Notes: generated by a model not told the origin, from the letters alone. Positions 9,385-19,003 are shown, counted from the first letter of the stretch. The stretch: 64,000 bases of DNA from Candidatus Saccharimonadota bacterium (GCA_020428105.1 JAGQNK010000001.1:1830-65829), one strand, 5' to 3'. Made by a program: numbers and translations.

Positions 9385-9654
9385 ATGGCTGTAAAGATTC
9401 AACCATTGGCGGACTATGTTGTTGCTCAACAAGAGGAAGCCGAAACTAAGACCGCTAGTGGTTTGTACATTCCTGGTGGCGCCCAGGAAAAACCAAAGGT
9501 TGCAAAGGTGCTAGCCGCAGGCAAGGAAGTAAAGAATGTCAAAGTCGGTGACCGCATCATCTATGGCGGTTATAGCAACACGGACGTCAAGATGGACGGC
9601 GAAACCTACATGTTAGTCAAAGAAGAAAACATTTACGCAACGGTAAAGGGGTAG
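9385..9654 (+). CDS. groES: Co-chaperonin GroES
   Basis: 89 aa, KIQPLADYVVAQQEEAETKTASGLYIP; GGAGG Shine-Dalgarno sequence; immediately upstream of groEL. Confidence 0.95.
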   Translation: MAVKIQPLADYVVAQQEEAETKTASGLYIPGGAQEKPKVAKVLAAGKEVKNVKVGDRIIYGGYSNTDVKMDGETYMLVKEENIYATVKG

Positions 9655-9657
9655 CAA

Positions 9658-11310
9658 ATGGCAAAGAAAGTTTTTTATGACGAAGATGCCCGCAAGCGTG
9701 TGCTTGGCGGCGCAGAGATTTTGTACAACGCGGTCAAAACAACTATGGGACCGAAAGGTCGCAACGTTGTCATCAGTAAGGGCTACGGCGGACCGACAGT
9801 TACACACGACGGTGTTACGGTTGCCAAAGGCGTAGAAATTGCCGATGTAGACGACGAAACACTCGGCTACAAAGTCGGTGCCGAGCTTATCAAGCAGGCA
9901 GCCAACAAGATGAATGACGTCGCCGGTGACGGTACCACGACAGTTACTGTGTTGACCTATCATATCTTGAATGAAGCCAACAAGCTGATTGCCGCCGGAC
10001 ATAATCCAATGCTTCTGCGCAAAGGTCTAGAAAGAGCTGCTCAGGATGTTATCAAGCAACTTAGCGGTATGGCTGAGGACATTAAGGCGAACAAAAAACG
10101 TGTGGCTGAGGTTGCTACAATTTCGGCTGGTGATGCTGAGATTGGCGAGCTGATTGCTGATGTTATTGACAAAGTTGGCAAGGAAGGTGTAGTGACCGTC
10201 GAAGAAGGTCAAGGTTTGGCGCTGGAGAGTGAAGTTGTCGAGGGCTTTACCTTTGACAAAGGATTCGTTAGCCCGTACATGGTTACAGATGCTAATCGTA
10301 TGGAAGCGGTTTCTGACAAGCCAGCTATTGTGGTGACCGACAAAAAGATTAGTTCTATCCAGGAATTCTTGCCACTACTAGAAAAGTTGGCTCAGGCTGG
10401 TAAGAAAGAGCTAGTTTTGATTGCCGAAGACGTAGAAGGCGAAGCACTCGGAACATTCGTACTCAATAAGCTAAAAGGTGTGTTTAATACGATTGCGGTC
10501 AAGGCGCCAGCATTTGGTGACCGACGTAAGGACGTCTTGAATGACATTGCAATTCTGACTGGCGCCGAGGTGATCACCGAGGACCGAGGAATGACCTTTG
10601 AAAACGTTGAGTTGGATGTTGTTGGTTCAGCTAGAAAGGTGATTGTTACCAAGGATGAGACTACTATCATTGAAGGTGCTGGCGCTTCTTCGTCAATCAA
10701 GGCTCGCATAGACCAGATTGCTTTGCAAGCAGATAGCGCATCTAGCGAGTACGACAAGGAAAACTTGGACAAGCGACGAGCAGCACTTAGTGGTAAAGTT
10801 GCAGTCATCAAAGTTGGTGGCGCCACAGAAACTGAGATAGAAGAGAAGAAATTCCGTGTAGATGACGCTGTTGCCGCTGTAAAAGCTGCCATGGATGAAG
10901 GTATCGTAGCCGGTGGTGGCGTAACCTTAGTTAACCTTAGCGAAGCTATCAAGGTTTCTGGCTCTGACTCCGAAGAAGCTGGTGTACAGTTGCTTAAGAA
11001 TGCGCTACAACAGCCATTCAGAATCCTGATGACCAACAGTGGTTTGAACGCTGATGAGTGGTTACCACAAGTCAAAGCAGCCAAAGCCGGTCAGGGTGTG
11101 AACGTGAATAACCCCGACAAGCTGGTTGATATGAAGGTAGCCGGAATCGTAGATCCAGCTCGAGTAACCAAAGAGGCAGTGCTGAATGCTGTATCGATTG
11201 CCGGTACTAGCATGACCATGGGCGCGCTGGTGGTAGACGTGCCAGAACCAGAAGCCGCAGCACCAATGGGCGGTGGCGGTGGCATGCCTGGTGGCATGAT
11301 GGGCATGTAA
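9658..11310 (+). CDS. groEL: Chaperonin GroEL
   Basis: 550 aa, AGDGTTTVTVL motif and a C-terminal GGGGMPGGMMGM tail. Confidence 0.98.
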   Translation: MAKKVFYDEDARKRVLGGAEILYNAVKTTMGPKGRNVVISKGYGGPTVTHDGVTVAKGVEIADVDDETLGYKVGAELIKQAANKMNDVAGDGTTTVTVLTYHILNEANKLIAAGHNPMLLRKGLERAAQDVIKQLSGMAEDIKANKKRVAEVATISAGDAEIGELIADVIDKVGKEGVVTVEEGQGLALESEVVEGFTFDKGFVSPYMVTDANRMEAVSDKPAIVVTDKKISSIQEFLPLLEKLAQAGKKELVLIAEDVEGEALGTFVLNKLKGVFNTIAVKAPAFGDRRKDVLNDIAILTGAEVITEDRGMTFENVELDVVGSARKVIVTKDETTIIEGAGASSSIKARIDQIALQADSASSEYDKENLDKRRAALSGKVAVIKVGGATETEIEEKKFRVDDAVAAVKAAMDEGIVAGGGVTLVNLSEAIKVSGSDSEEAGVQLLKNALQQPFRILMTNSGLNADEWLPQVKAAKAGQGVNVNNPDKLVDMKVAGIVDPARVTKEAVLNAVSIAGTSMTMGALVVDVPEPEAAAPMGGGGGMPGGMMGM

Positions 11311-11328
11311 CTCGATTTCCGCGAATTA

Positions 11329-11358
11329 AAAAGCTCCGGATATTTCCGGAGCTTTTTA
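11329..11358 (+). terminator. Rho-independent terminator after groEL
   Basis: aagctccgga-tatt-tccggagctt hairpin followed by a T-run. Confidence 0.85.
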
Positions 11359-11476
11359 TAATACAGTTTTACCTGTTCATATGAATAATTTAACGCATAA
11401 CCACTACCATTAATGAATACTTGCCAGAAGTGCTAGTATGTAGTATTGTTTTACTAGATATCGGAGAGAGGAATTT

Positions 11477-12067
11477 ATGGCTATATTCCAAAAAGGCAAC
11501 AATCAGACCAGTATCCCTGCAGAAATACAGGAATACTACGAGACGGGCAAACGCGATCGGACTGGCGTTGCGTGGCTTTTGGCAATCGGAACACTATTGT
11601 TGACTATTATTTTGGCGGCTGGCATATTCTTTGCAGGTAGGTGGACGTACCGGAAAATTGCTGGCAGCGATAACAAAGCGCCGGTAGTTACTCAGAATGA
11701 AAACAAGCAGCAAGAAACTACTGATCCCGAAGTAACAACGCCTAGTGAAACCGAAAAGCATAATTCAGAAGCCGAGCGAAAAGCTGAAGAACAACGCAAG
11801 GCAGAGGCAGAAGCTCAAAAGTTGAAAGAAGAGCAAAAAGCTGCCGAACAGCTAAAGCAGGAAGCCGAGCGCAAAACTGCAGAAGAGCTTGCTGCCAAAA
11901 AGAAAGCAGAACAGCAGAACATCGCAAGTAGTAGTCCGGTGGCTGGAAGTAGCGTTGCCACAGGAAAAGATATACCCGAGACAGGCCCTGGTGATACCTT
12001 GGCGATTTTCGTAGCAGTTTCTTTCCTAGGATATGTAGTTCACAGATTCCGTTTTGCTAAAAGGTAA
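11477..12067 (+). CDS. Sortase-anchored surface protein (IPETG sorting signal) with Lys/Glu/Ala-rich coiled-coil region
   Basis: C-terminus is IPETG (11972-11986), then the hydrophobic stretch LAIFVAVSFLGYVV, then the basic tail HRFRFAKR. An N-terminal TM helix is also present. GGAGAGAGG Shine-Dalgarno sequence. Confidence 0.7.
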   Translation: MAIFQKGNNQTSIPAEIQEYYETGKRDRTGVAWLLAIGTLLLTIILAAGIFFAGRWTYRKIAGSDNKAPVVTQNENKQQETTDPEVTTPSETEKHNSEAERKAEEQRKAEAEAQKLKEEQKAAEQLKQEAERKTAEELAAKKKAEQQNIASSSPVAGSSVATGKDIPETGPGDTLAIFVAVSFLGYVVHRFRFAKR

Positions 12068-12088
12068 TGTGATAGCAATTGCTTGAGA

Positions 12089-12120
12089 CATAAAACAGCT
12101 TCAAATGAAGCTGTTTTATG
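12089..12120. terminator. Bidirectional terminator between convergent genes
   Basis: cataaaacagcttc-aaat-gaagctgttttatg: a perfect 14-bp stem flanked by A/T runs on both sides. Confidence 0.85.
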
Positions 12121-12135
12121 GTTGCATCAGAAAGA

Positions 12136-12828
12136 CTATTCGGCGTCTTCAGTCTTTTGTTGCTGAGTGAAGTAGTTAATTTCGTTCACTACATCTAAAA
12201 GTGCCTGGGCACGAATTTTTTCATCCTCTATGCTCTGGGCCGCCTCGTATGCGGTACGAATTTTACTAGAGTCATCTGTAGCTTGAATCATCATCATAGT
12301 TGTACGGAAGCGTTCTTCAGGAGTTTGGTCTAGCTTCTCGACTAGTGGTGAGAGGCTTTGGAGTGCTTCTTGTTTGAGGTCGATTAAGTCGCCAGATACA
12401 GGGGTACTGATGTCACCGGTGACAGAGGCAGTATCTTCGGTATTGGTGTCTGTTTCCTCGTATAGCTCAGGAGTTGGCGCTGTTGTTGCGGGCTCTGGTG
12501 CGGCAGATTCATCAGCTGATGGCTCTGATAGCGAAAGTCCACCTGGCAAAGTTGGTGATTCTGGTAATTCTAGAGCACTCTCTGCGGATACGTCTAGCGT
12601 AGTGCTTGGCGTTATGTCTGAATCAGTTGATTCTGTCTCAGTAACTGACTCACTACTTGTGTCATTGCTACTAGTAGTATCATCTGCGTTAATGACGGCC
12701 GGATCGGCTGGCGGTGGCGTAAAGCCCTGCATATCTGTTGCTGGCTCCGCTACCGTTGGCTGAATTGTTGCAGCCTCATCGTTATCTTTTGCTTGTTGAT
12801 TGTTGTCGTGACCGAACATATTTCCCAC
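12136..12828 (-). CDS. Hypothetical acidic low-complexity protein (230 aa)
   Basis: S/T/D/E/P-rich N-terminal two-thirds and a helical C-terminal third. No motif recognised. Confidence 0.5.
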   Translation of the reverse strand: MGNMFGHDNNQQAKDNDEAATIQPTVAEPATDMQGFTPPPADPAVINADDTTSSNDTSSESVTETESTDSDITPSTTLDVSAESALELPESPTLPGGLSLSEPSADESAAPEPATTAPTPELYEETDTNTEDTASVTGDISTPVSGDLIDLKQEALQSLSPLVEKLDQTPEERFRTTMMMIQATDDSSKIRTAYEAAQSIEDEKIRAQALLDVVNEINYFTQQQKTEDAE

Positions 12829-12894
12829 CCTCTTGATTAATCACTATCGGTTAGTAGATAGTATATAACATAAATACTGTGAGGGAGAAATACT

Positions 12895-13938
12895 TTGTTA
12901 GACGATCTGAAATATATTCATCAACGTGACGCTCAAGATGCTCTTGGTATTGCCGAAAAACAATGGCAGCAGTACCAAAATGATTTTGGTTTTGCATGGG
13001 AGCCACCAAAGGAAATACACGATGTAGTTGTTGCGGGTATGGGCGGATCAGGGCTTGCAGCTAAGGCATATCAAACAGTCGGCAACCTAGGCGTCCCGTT
13101 TAGTATTGTGCAAGACTATGATTTACCAAGCCGGGTAAACCAAAATACTTTACTGGTTTGCTCTAGTTATTCTGGCAACACCGAAGAAACCTTAAGCGTA
13201 TTTGATACCGCGCTCAGTAAGGGTGATGGGGCAGAAAGGCCTATGATTGTCGTAATTGCGTCTGGCGGCAAATTATTAGATCAGGCAAAAGAGCATCATT
13301 TGCCGTACATTCAGCTGCCAAACGGCTACCAGCCACGCTTTACCTTCGGATATCAATATCGGGCTTTGATGGAAGTGTTATCACAGACGCCATTTGTGAC
13401 TGACGAACTTGCCGTTATAGCTGATTCTGCTGATTGGCTCAAGGACCAAATGCTGGATTGGCTTGCCATAGAGCCGGTCAGCAAGAATCCAGCTAAGCAA
13501 TTAGCGTTGGAGATTATGGGTAAATCACCAGTGATCTATGCAAGTTCGAAGCTTTTTCCAGCAGCTTACAAGTGGAAAATCAGCTTCAATGAAAATGCCA
13601 AGAATGTTGCTTGGTGCAACCAGTTACCAGAATTTAACCACAATGAGTTTTTGGGGTGGACTAGTCACCCCGTAGACAAACCTTATGCAGTTGTTGATTT
13701 GCGCAGTAGCTTGGATCACCCACAGGTGATTAAGCGGTTTGAGGCCACTGATAGGCTATTGTCTGGCAAAAGACCAGCAGCAAATGTCATTCAGGCACAG
13801 GGTGATACTCTGTTGAAGCAGTTGATGTGGACAATTGCCTATGGTGATTTCGTGAGTTTGTACCTTGCTTTACTGAACGGGCTAAACCCAACACCCGTGG
13901 ACCTCATCGAGAATCTCAAGAAGGCCCTGGCAGAATAA
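12895..13938 (+). CDS. Bifunctional phosphoglucose/phosphomannose isomerase (SIS domain, archaeal-type PGI/PMI)
   Basis: GMGGSGLAAKAY and the SSYSGNTEETL SIS motif, with family-typical length. TTG start. Confidence 0.75.
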   Translation: MLDDLKYIHQRDAQDALGIAEKQWQQYQNDFGFAWEPPKEIHDVVVAGMGGSGLAAKAYQTVGNLGVPFSIVQDYDLPSRVNQNTLLVCSSYSGNTEETLSVFDTALSKGDGAERPMIVVIASGGKLLDQAKEHHLPYIQLPNGYQPRFTFGYQYRALMEVLSQTPFVTDELAVIADSADWLKDQMLDWLAIEPVSKNPAKQLALEIMGKSPVIYASSKLFPAAYKWKISFNENAKNVAWCNQLPEFNHNEFLGWTSHPVDKPYAVVDLRSSLDHPQVIKRFEATDRLLSGKRPAANVIQAQGDTLLKQLMWTIAYGDFVSLYLALLNGLNPTPVDLIENLKKALAE

Positions 13939-13947
13939 AGGCTATGT

Positions 13948-14676
13948 ATGGATACGGTAAACCACCTCGGTGACATTTTGGGTCTATGGGCACACCCAGA
14001 TGACGAAACGTTTTGCTGTGGTGGCTTGGCTGCTCTGGCGAGCAGTAACGGTCAACGAGTTGGCTGTATTACGGCCACCAGGGGTGAGGCTGGTGTGTAT
14101 CACCCTGAAAAGTGGTCAAAGGAGAAAATAGGGCAAATTCGCACTCTTGAACTCAGCGCAGCCCAGAGTATTTTAGGCATCAATGAGCATTATTGGTTAG
14201 ATTTTGCTGATGGTGGCTGTGCGCAGGTATCTGATGAGAAGGCACTAACCAAGATTCGGGCAATCGTGAAAGAGTTTCGTCCGAACACAATCGTGACTTT
14301 TGCTCCAATTGGCCTTACTGGCCACGGAGATCACCGGGCTGTTTCCCGCTGGGCTACTTTAGTTGCTCGACAGGTGGATTTTCGTGTTCGCGTGCTTTAT
14401 GCAGTTGTCTCGGAGGATGCTTACAAGCGCCACCTAAGAGACATGGACAAGGAATTGAATATATTTTTCGATGTCGATGAACCAGATTTGTATGCATCTG
14501 ACGAGTGCTACCTAGCGCTCAGATTATCTAAGGATCTTCGTCGGCAAAAGGGTAAAGCCTTGCGGGCTATGCCGTCACAGACTTTGGATATGCTTGAAAA
14601 TTTTTCTATCGATCAAGTCTGCCAAGCATTTGGTGATGAATATTTTGTACTGTCTGGAAATGAGCATAGACTCTAG
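13948..14676 (+). CDS. PIG-L / LmbE family deacetylase
   Basis: AHPDDETF and GHGDHRAV metal-binding motifs. Confidence 0.8.
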   Translation: MDTVNHLGDILGLWAHPDDETFCCGGLAALASSNGQRVGCITATRGEAGVYHPEKWSKEKIGQIRTLELSAAQSILGINEHYWLDFADGGCAQVSDEKALTKIRAIVKEFRPNTIVTFAPIGLTGHGDHRAVSRWATLVARQVDFRVRVLYAVVSEDAYKRHLRDMDKELNIFFDVDEPDLYASDECYLALRLSKDLRRQKGKALRAMPSQTLDMLENFSIDQVCQAFGDEYFVLSGNEHRL

Positions 14677-15197
14677 ATTGGAGTTTTTTTGAAACCAATC
14701 AAATAACCAATGTAGCTAGTAATTAGGTGTAGGCCAAAATATATGACCAAAACACGCAGTACATCATCTATTTGCAGGCTAACGAATGGAGATACAGCCA
14801 ACAGTCCACCAATGATGTAATCTATCTGATCAAAAGGGAACCATTTATCCCCGGGCTTAACGCCGATTTGTCGTTTGAAGAAGCTTTCTACAGCATCGCC
14901 GGCTAACGCTCCAAAGCCAAGTGCGGCAGTGCTAATGACGATAAAGAAGGTCGACTCAACACTGCTAGTTATCACGCGGTATTGCAGCAAGCCAACCAAG
15001 GCTGCAACAAATGTGCCAAATAACAGTCCACGCCATGTTTTGTTGGCTCCAAATATTGGTTTGCCACGCCATGTCTTGCCAAGGTCTATAGGCGTGTTCC
15101 AGTCTTTTAATATAGGTAGACGGCAAGCAAACAAAGGAGCCGCATTGGCTATGCCAGCGGGTAAAAAGAACCAAAATGCTGCCCACCAATCGCTCAT
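14673..15197 (-). CDS. CarS-like (DUF46, CDP-archaeol synthase family) CTP-transferase
   Basis: FLPAGIANAAPLF..PIDLGKTWRGKPIFGANKTWRGLLFG and GDAVESFFKRQIGVKPGDKWFPFDQIDY match the conserved blocks of the CarS family as I recall them. Confidence 0.7.
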   Translation of the reverse strand: MSDWWAAFWFFLPAGIANAAPLFACRLPILKDWNTPIDLGKTWRGKPIFGANKTWRGLLFGTFVAALVGLLQYRVITSSVESTFFIVISTAALGFGALAGDAVESFFKRQIGVKPGDKWFPFDQIDYIIGGLLAVSPFVSLQIDDVLRVLVIYFGLHLITSYIGYLIGFKKTPI

Positions 15198-15856
15198 AGA
15201 TTACCTCGAGCTTTGCGGACCTTTTTGCGCAAGCGGTTTAGTTTGGGGTAGAGCAGAGCTCTAACACTGGGCCGCCCAGTCATTGGGATTCCGCTATACA
15301 TTAGTTTTAGAAAATTTTCTGGTGTCGGTATTTCAGTTAGTGAGGTGTAGGTGGATCCAAGGCCTTGATATCCGTGAGCATCGCTGCTGGCAGCGCCAAT
15401 CTTACCGTTTATCCTAGTCCAGACTACTGCTTGCTCACTCTTGTTTTGGAAGAATGCTCGACCATTACAGACTTCTATGATGTCGACGTAATCGACTAGT
15501 TCGTCTAGTACGGCGGGATGCATGCCTTTGCGAATTGTTTCGAACGGATGAGGTATGTAGACGATACCATGTTGTTCCTTGATGCGTTTGATAGTTTCCT
15601 GGGGGGTTAGTCCGGGCTGGATTGTCCTGGTGAGGAATAAGCCTACGATTTCTCCTGCGGAGGTCATTATTTCTTCGCCGACAATAATAGAATCACCGAG
15701 CTGACGGCGCATTTCTAGGGCAAAGTCTGCAGTGTTATGGTCGGTTATTGCTACGACATCCAGCAGTTTTGCTCCTAGGGCGCGACGATACTGATCGGCG
15801 GTTATGCCACCGTCTGGCGAAGCAACTGAATGGGTGTGTAGGTCGATTTTGTACAT
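15194..15856 (-). CDS. PHP-domain phosphoesterase
   Basis: The N-terminal IDLHTHSVASPDG PHP motif; its stop overlaps the CarS-like start (ATGA). Confidence 0.75.
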   Translation of the reverse strand: MYKIDLHTHSVASPDGGITADQYRRALGAKLLDVVAITDHNTADFALEMRRQLGDSIIVGEEIMTSAGEIVGLFLTRTIQPGLTPQETIKRIKEQHGIVYIPHPFETIRKGMHPAVLDELVDYVDIIEVCNGRAFFQNKSEQAVVWTRINGKIGAASSDAHGYQGLGSTYTSLTEIPTPENFLKLMYSGIPMTGRPSVRALLYPKLNRLRKKVRKARGNL

Positions 15857-16488
15857 TAGCCAAGCTTCTTTGTTATCTTGATAAGGCGCTCCAAAGCAGT
15901 GTAGGTAGACAGGATGGTAATGATGACAAGGATTATTCCGAGCCGACCAAGGACTAAGCCAATGACAAGCAAGGCCATACGAATTTCGAAACGCCCCAGA
16001 CCATCTTGGAAGAGGCGATTTACTTCGTTGGCAGTCAGTTTTCCGCCGGCAACCGCAGTCTCGCCCTTGGCCTTGACGTAGCTAACACAGATACTAGAGC
16101 CACACGCTGCAACCGCCCAGACTGCCCAGTACGGTTTGGTCATATTGACTAGCGCAAGGGCCGAACCGGTGTAGAGGATGATTTCTTTCATCCGATCAGT
16201 ACTGGCGTCTAGCAACATGCCTGCGTTGCTAGCCTTTTTTTGAAGGCGAGCCAAAGACCCGTCCAGGGCGTCGAATAGCCCAAAAATTACCAGCAGGATA
16301 GCCGCGTAACCAAAGTAACCACAGGCTATAAGATATGCAATTGGTAAATGCATCAGCAACCCAAATATTGTTATATGATTTGGTAAAATCTTGCCACCAC
16401 TTAGGGAATTTATTTGTTTGGCAACCAAGTTCATGAACGTCCTGACGGCGTCGCGGATGGCGTCAAGAGAAGTGTTTAATTGCTTCAT
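15856..16488 (-). CDS. CDP-alcohol phosphatidyltransferase
   Basis: Complete D-G-x2-A-R-x8-G-x3-D-x3-D signature: DALDGSLARLQKKASNAGMLLDASTD. Multi-TM protein. Confidence 0.85.
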   Translation of the reverse strand: MKQLNTSLDAIRDAVRTFMNLVAKQINSLSGGKILPNHITIFGLLMHLPIAYLIACGYFGYAAILLVIFGLFDALDGSLARLQKKASNAGMLLDASTDRMKEIILYTGSALALVNMTKPYWAVWAVAACGSSICVSYVKAKGETAVAGGKLTANEVNRLFQDGLGRFEIRMALLVIGLVLGRLGIILVIITILSTYTALERLIKITKKLG

Positions 16489-16562
16489 TGAGTAATATTA
16501 TAATCTATCGAGCAGAGATTTGTTTATCATTGGCCGGAAAACGAAGCTGATACAATAGGCAC

Positions 16563-17255
16563 ATGAGTACCAAACAAGCGAAGGTAAAAGTATGGTCTCG
16601 TTACAATCGACTTGTTGCAGCGCTGGTTGCATCGAACGGCGTGACATTACTGTTGTTTTTGATGCGTTCGGCCGAATCGCAAACTGATAGATACTGGTTT
16701 TTGCTGTGGAATTTGTTTCTAGCGTGGTTGCCGTTGCTTTTTGCGGTGTGTTTGGTGGATAGACTGCGAACCACTGCATGGTCTACTTGGCAAAACATCA
16801 TACTAACAGTGTTTTGGGTCGGGCTACTGCCCAATAGCTTTTATCTTGTGAGTGATCTGATACATTTACATGAAACTGGCGAGGTAAGTTTGCTGTATGA
16901 CATCGTGATGTTTTGTTCGTTTATCTTCAACGCCTACATTGCTGGATTTATGAGTGTTTTCATTGTTCACCAGCGATTACTCAAACGATTTGCCGCCAAG
17001 TGGGCGTACTTAATTATTGCCGTGGTGTTGTTGGCGTGCAGTTTTGCGATTTATCTCGGTCGGAGCTTACGGTGGAATAGTTGGGATATATTAGTTAATC
17101 CTGCGGGATTGATTTTTGATGTGTCTGACAGAGTAGTAAATCCGGCTGCCCATACCCAATCATTTGTAACGACTATAACATTCTTTTTACTACTGATGAG
17201 TACGTATGCCGTTTTTTGGGAATTGGCAAGACTATCCAATCCAAAACATAAGTAG
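16563..17255 (+). CDS. DUF1361-family membrane protein
   Basis: WNLFLAWLPLLFA and LLPNSFYLVSDLIHL blocks; polytopic. Confidence 0.6.
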   Translation: MSTKQAKVKVWSRYNRLVAALVASNGVTLLLFLMRSAESQTDRYWFLLWNLFLAWLPLLFAVCLVDRLRTTAWSTWQNIILTVFWVGLLPNSFYLVSDLIHLHETGEVSLLYDIVMFCSFIFNAYIAGFMSVFIVHQRLLKRFAAKWAYLIIAVVLLACSFAIYLGRSLRWNSWDILVNPAGLIFDVSDRVVNPAAHTQSFVTTITFFLLLMSTYAVFWELARLSNPKHK

Positions 17256-17288
17256 AATAATCTGGCTATCAGGGGTAATATAGATACA

Positions 17289-18956
17289 GTGAAAGATTTA
17301 CTAATTCAGGCTATCCAGTCTGCCTGCAAAGATTTGTTCGAGATCGAGGTCAGTATTGAGTTGTCGAGACCTGATGAGCAATTTGGTGATTTTACAACTA
17401 ATGTTGCGTTGAAGCTAGCTAAACAAGTGGGTAAAAGTCCTAGGGACATTGGTCAGGCGTTGGCGGACAAACTGCGTGACCACGAGCTCTTGAAGGATGT
17501 TCAGGTTGCCGGACCGGGCTTTTTGAACCTAGTAATTTCCGACAAAGCATTGGTGGAGTTGGCAAGCCAAGACCCAGAACAGCCACTTACCGGCAAAAAG
17601 GTTCTTGTAGAATACTCTGACCCAAACCCTTTCAAGCCACTTCATGCCGGACATTTATATACTACGTTGGTTGGAGATATGATTGCACGATTGGTCGAAA
17701 GCGCTGGTGCAGAGACGGTTCGTATCAATTATGGTGGTGATGTAGGCTTGCACGTAGGGAAATGTATGTGGTCAATTATCAAACACATAGGTGGTGAGTT
17801 GCCAGAAAAGCTTGACGAAGTTGCAGAAGCGGAAAGACCAGTGTGGCTGGGTAAGCGTTATGTAGAGGGTAACAATGCCTACGAGGACGATGAAAAGTCG
17901 CGTCGGGAGATCATTGAGACGAACAAAAGAGTGTATCAATTACATGAACAAGGTGATCATGACTCACTGTTTGCGCAAATATATTGGACATGCCGTCAGT
18001 GGAGCTATGATTATTTTGCCGAGCTGTACAAACAATTACAGGTTGTGCCGTTTGACCGCTACATTCCCGAGAGCGAAGTTACACAGCTTGGTGTACAAAC
18101 AGTTCAGGCTCAGCTAAAAAAGGGTATTTTTGAAGAGAGCGAAGGCGCTATAATCTTTGATGGCGAGAAGCAGGGTCTACACAAACGGGTTTTCATTAAT
18201 TCCGAAGGCTTACCAACTTACGAAACCAAGGATATCGGGCTAAGCTTGACCAAGTGGCAGGAATATCATTTTGGTCAGTCAATAATTATTACTGCCAACG
18301 AACAAGCACAGTATATGCAAGTCGTGATTGCGGCTATAAAGCAGTTTGCGCCGGAACCTGCGGAACGTACACGTCACCTGACACATGGTGTCGTGAAGCT
18401 GCAGGGTGGAGTAAAAATGAGCTCACGCAAAGGCAATGTGGTGACAGCGTTGGAAATACTAGAGGCTGCACACCAAGCAGGCACGGAGAATGGAACGGTT
18501 GCCAATGAACAAACAATTCTTGCAGCGGTAAAGTATGCTTTTGCCAAAAACCGTATAGGTGGCGATATTGTGTATGATCCTAAAGAGTCAATAGCTCTCG
18601 AAGGAAATAGTGGACCTTACCTACAATACGCTCATGCACGCGCTAGAAGTATCCTCACCAAAGTAGTTGGGCGAAATGATGTAGCCATGACAAACTTGCA
18701 ATCTGATGAACGCAGCTTGCTGCGCAAAATTGGCGAGTACTCAGAAATACTAGAAAAGACAACAGCCGAGCTTATGCCACATCACATATGCACCTACCTA
18801 TATGAGTTGGCTCAGACCTTCAACAGGTTTTACGAAAAGAACCGGGTAATTGATGATCCGCGTCAAGACACTCGGCTGTATTTGGTAGAGTGTTATGCAA
18901 ATAGGCTAAAGACCGGTTTGCAGCTTTTGGGAATTCACGCACCGGATAAAATGTAG
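17289..18956 (+). CDS. argS: Arginine--tRNA ligase
   Basis: 555 aa, SDPNPFKPLHAGHL (HIGH region) and a C-terminal anticodon-binding region ending ..GIHAPDKM. GTG start. Confidence 0.9.
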   Translation: MKDLLIQAIQSACKDLFEIEVSIELSRPDEQFGDFTTNVALKLAKQVGKSPRDIGQALADKLRDHELLKDVQVAGPGFLNLVISDKALVELASQDPEQPLTGKKVLVEYSDPNPFKPLHAGHLYTTLVGDMIARLVESAGAETVRINYGGDVGLHVGKCMWSIIKHIGGELPEKLDEVAEAERPVWLGKRYVEGNNAYEDDEKSRREIIETNKRVYQLHEQGDHDSLFAQIYWTCRQWSYDYFAELYKQLQVVPFDRYIPESEVTQLGVQTVQAQLKKGIFEESEGAIIFDGEKQGLHKRVFINSEGLPTYETKDIGLSLTKWQEYHFGQSIIITANEQAQYMQVVIAAIKQFAPEPAERTRHLTHGVVKLQGGVKMSSRKGNVVTALEILEAAHQAGTENGTVANEQTILAAVKYAFAKNRIGGDIVYDPKESIALEGNSGPYLQYAHARARSILTKVVGRNDVAMTNLQSDERSLLRKIGEYSEILEKTTAELMPHHICTYLYELAQTFNRFYEKNRVIDDPRQDTRLYLVECYANRLKTGLQLLGIHAPDKM

Positions 18957-19003
18957 TTGACTAAGCGCGTATAATATTTGTCAACAGTTAATGGAGGTTG
19001 AAA

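Noticed and set aside
10392-11084. A 230-aa minus-strand ORF, plus other antisense ORFs inside groEL (9613-10002, 11091-11306).
   Set aside because: They are entirely antisense to a certain groEL gene. The Ala/Ser/Thr-rich composition is typical of antisense artefacts.
12374-12763. A 129-aa plus-strand ORF inside the acidic low-complexity gene.
   Set aside because: It mirrors the low-complexity repeat on the other strand. The minus-strand ORF is longer and ends in a well-formed C-terminal domain next to a terminator.
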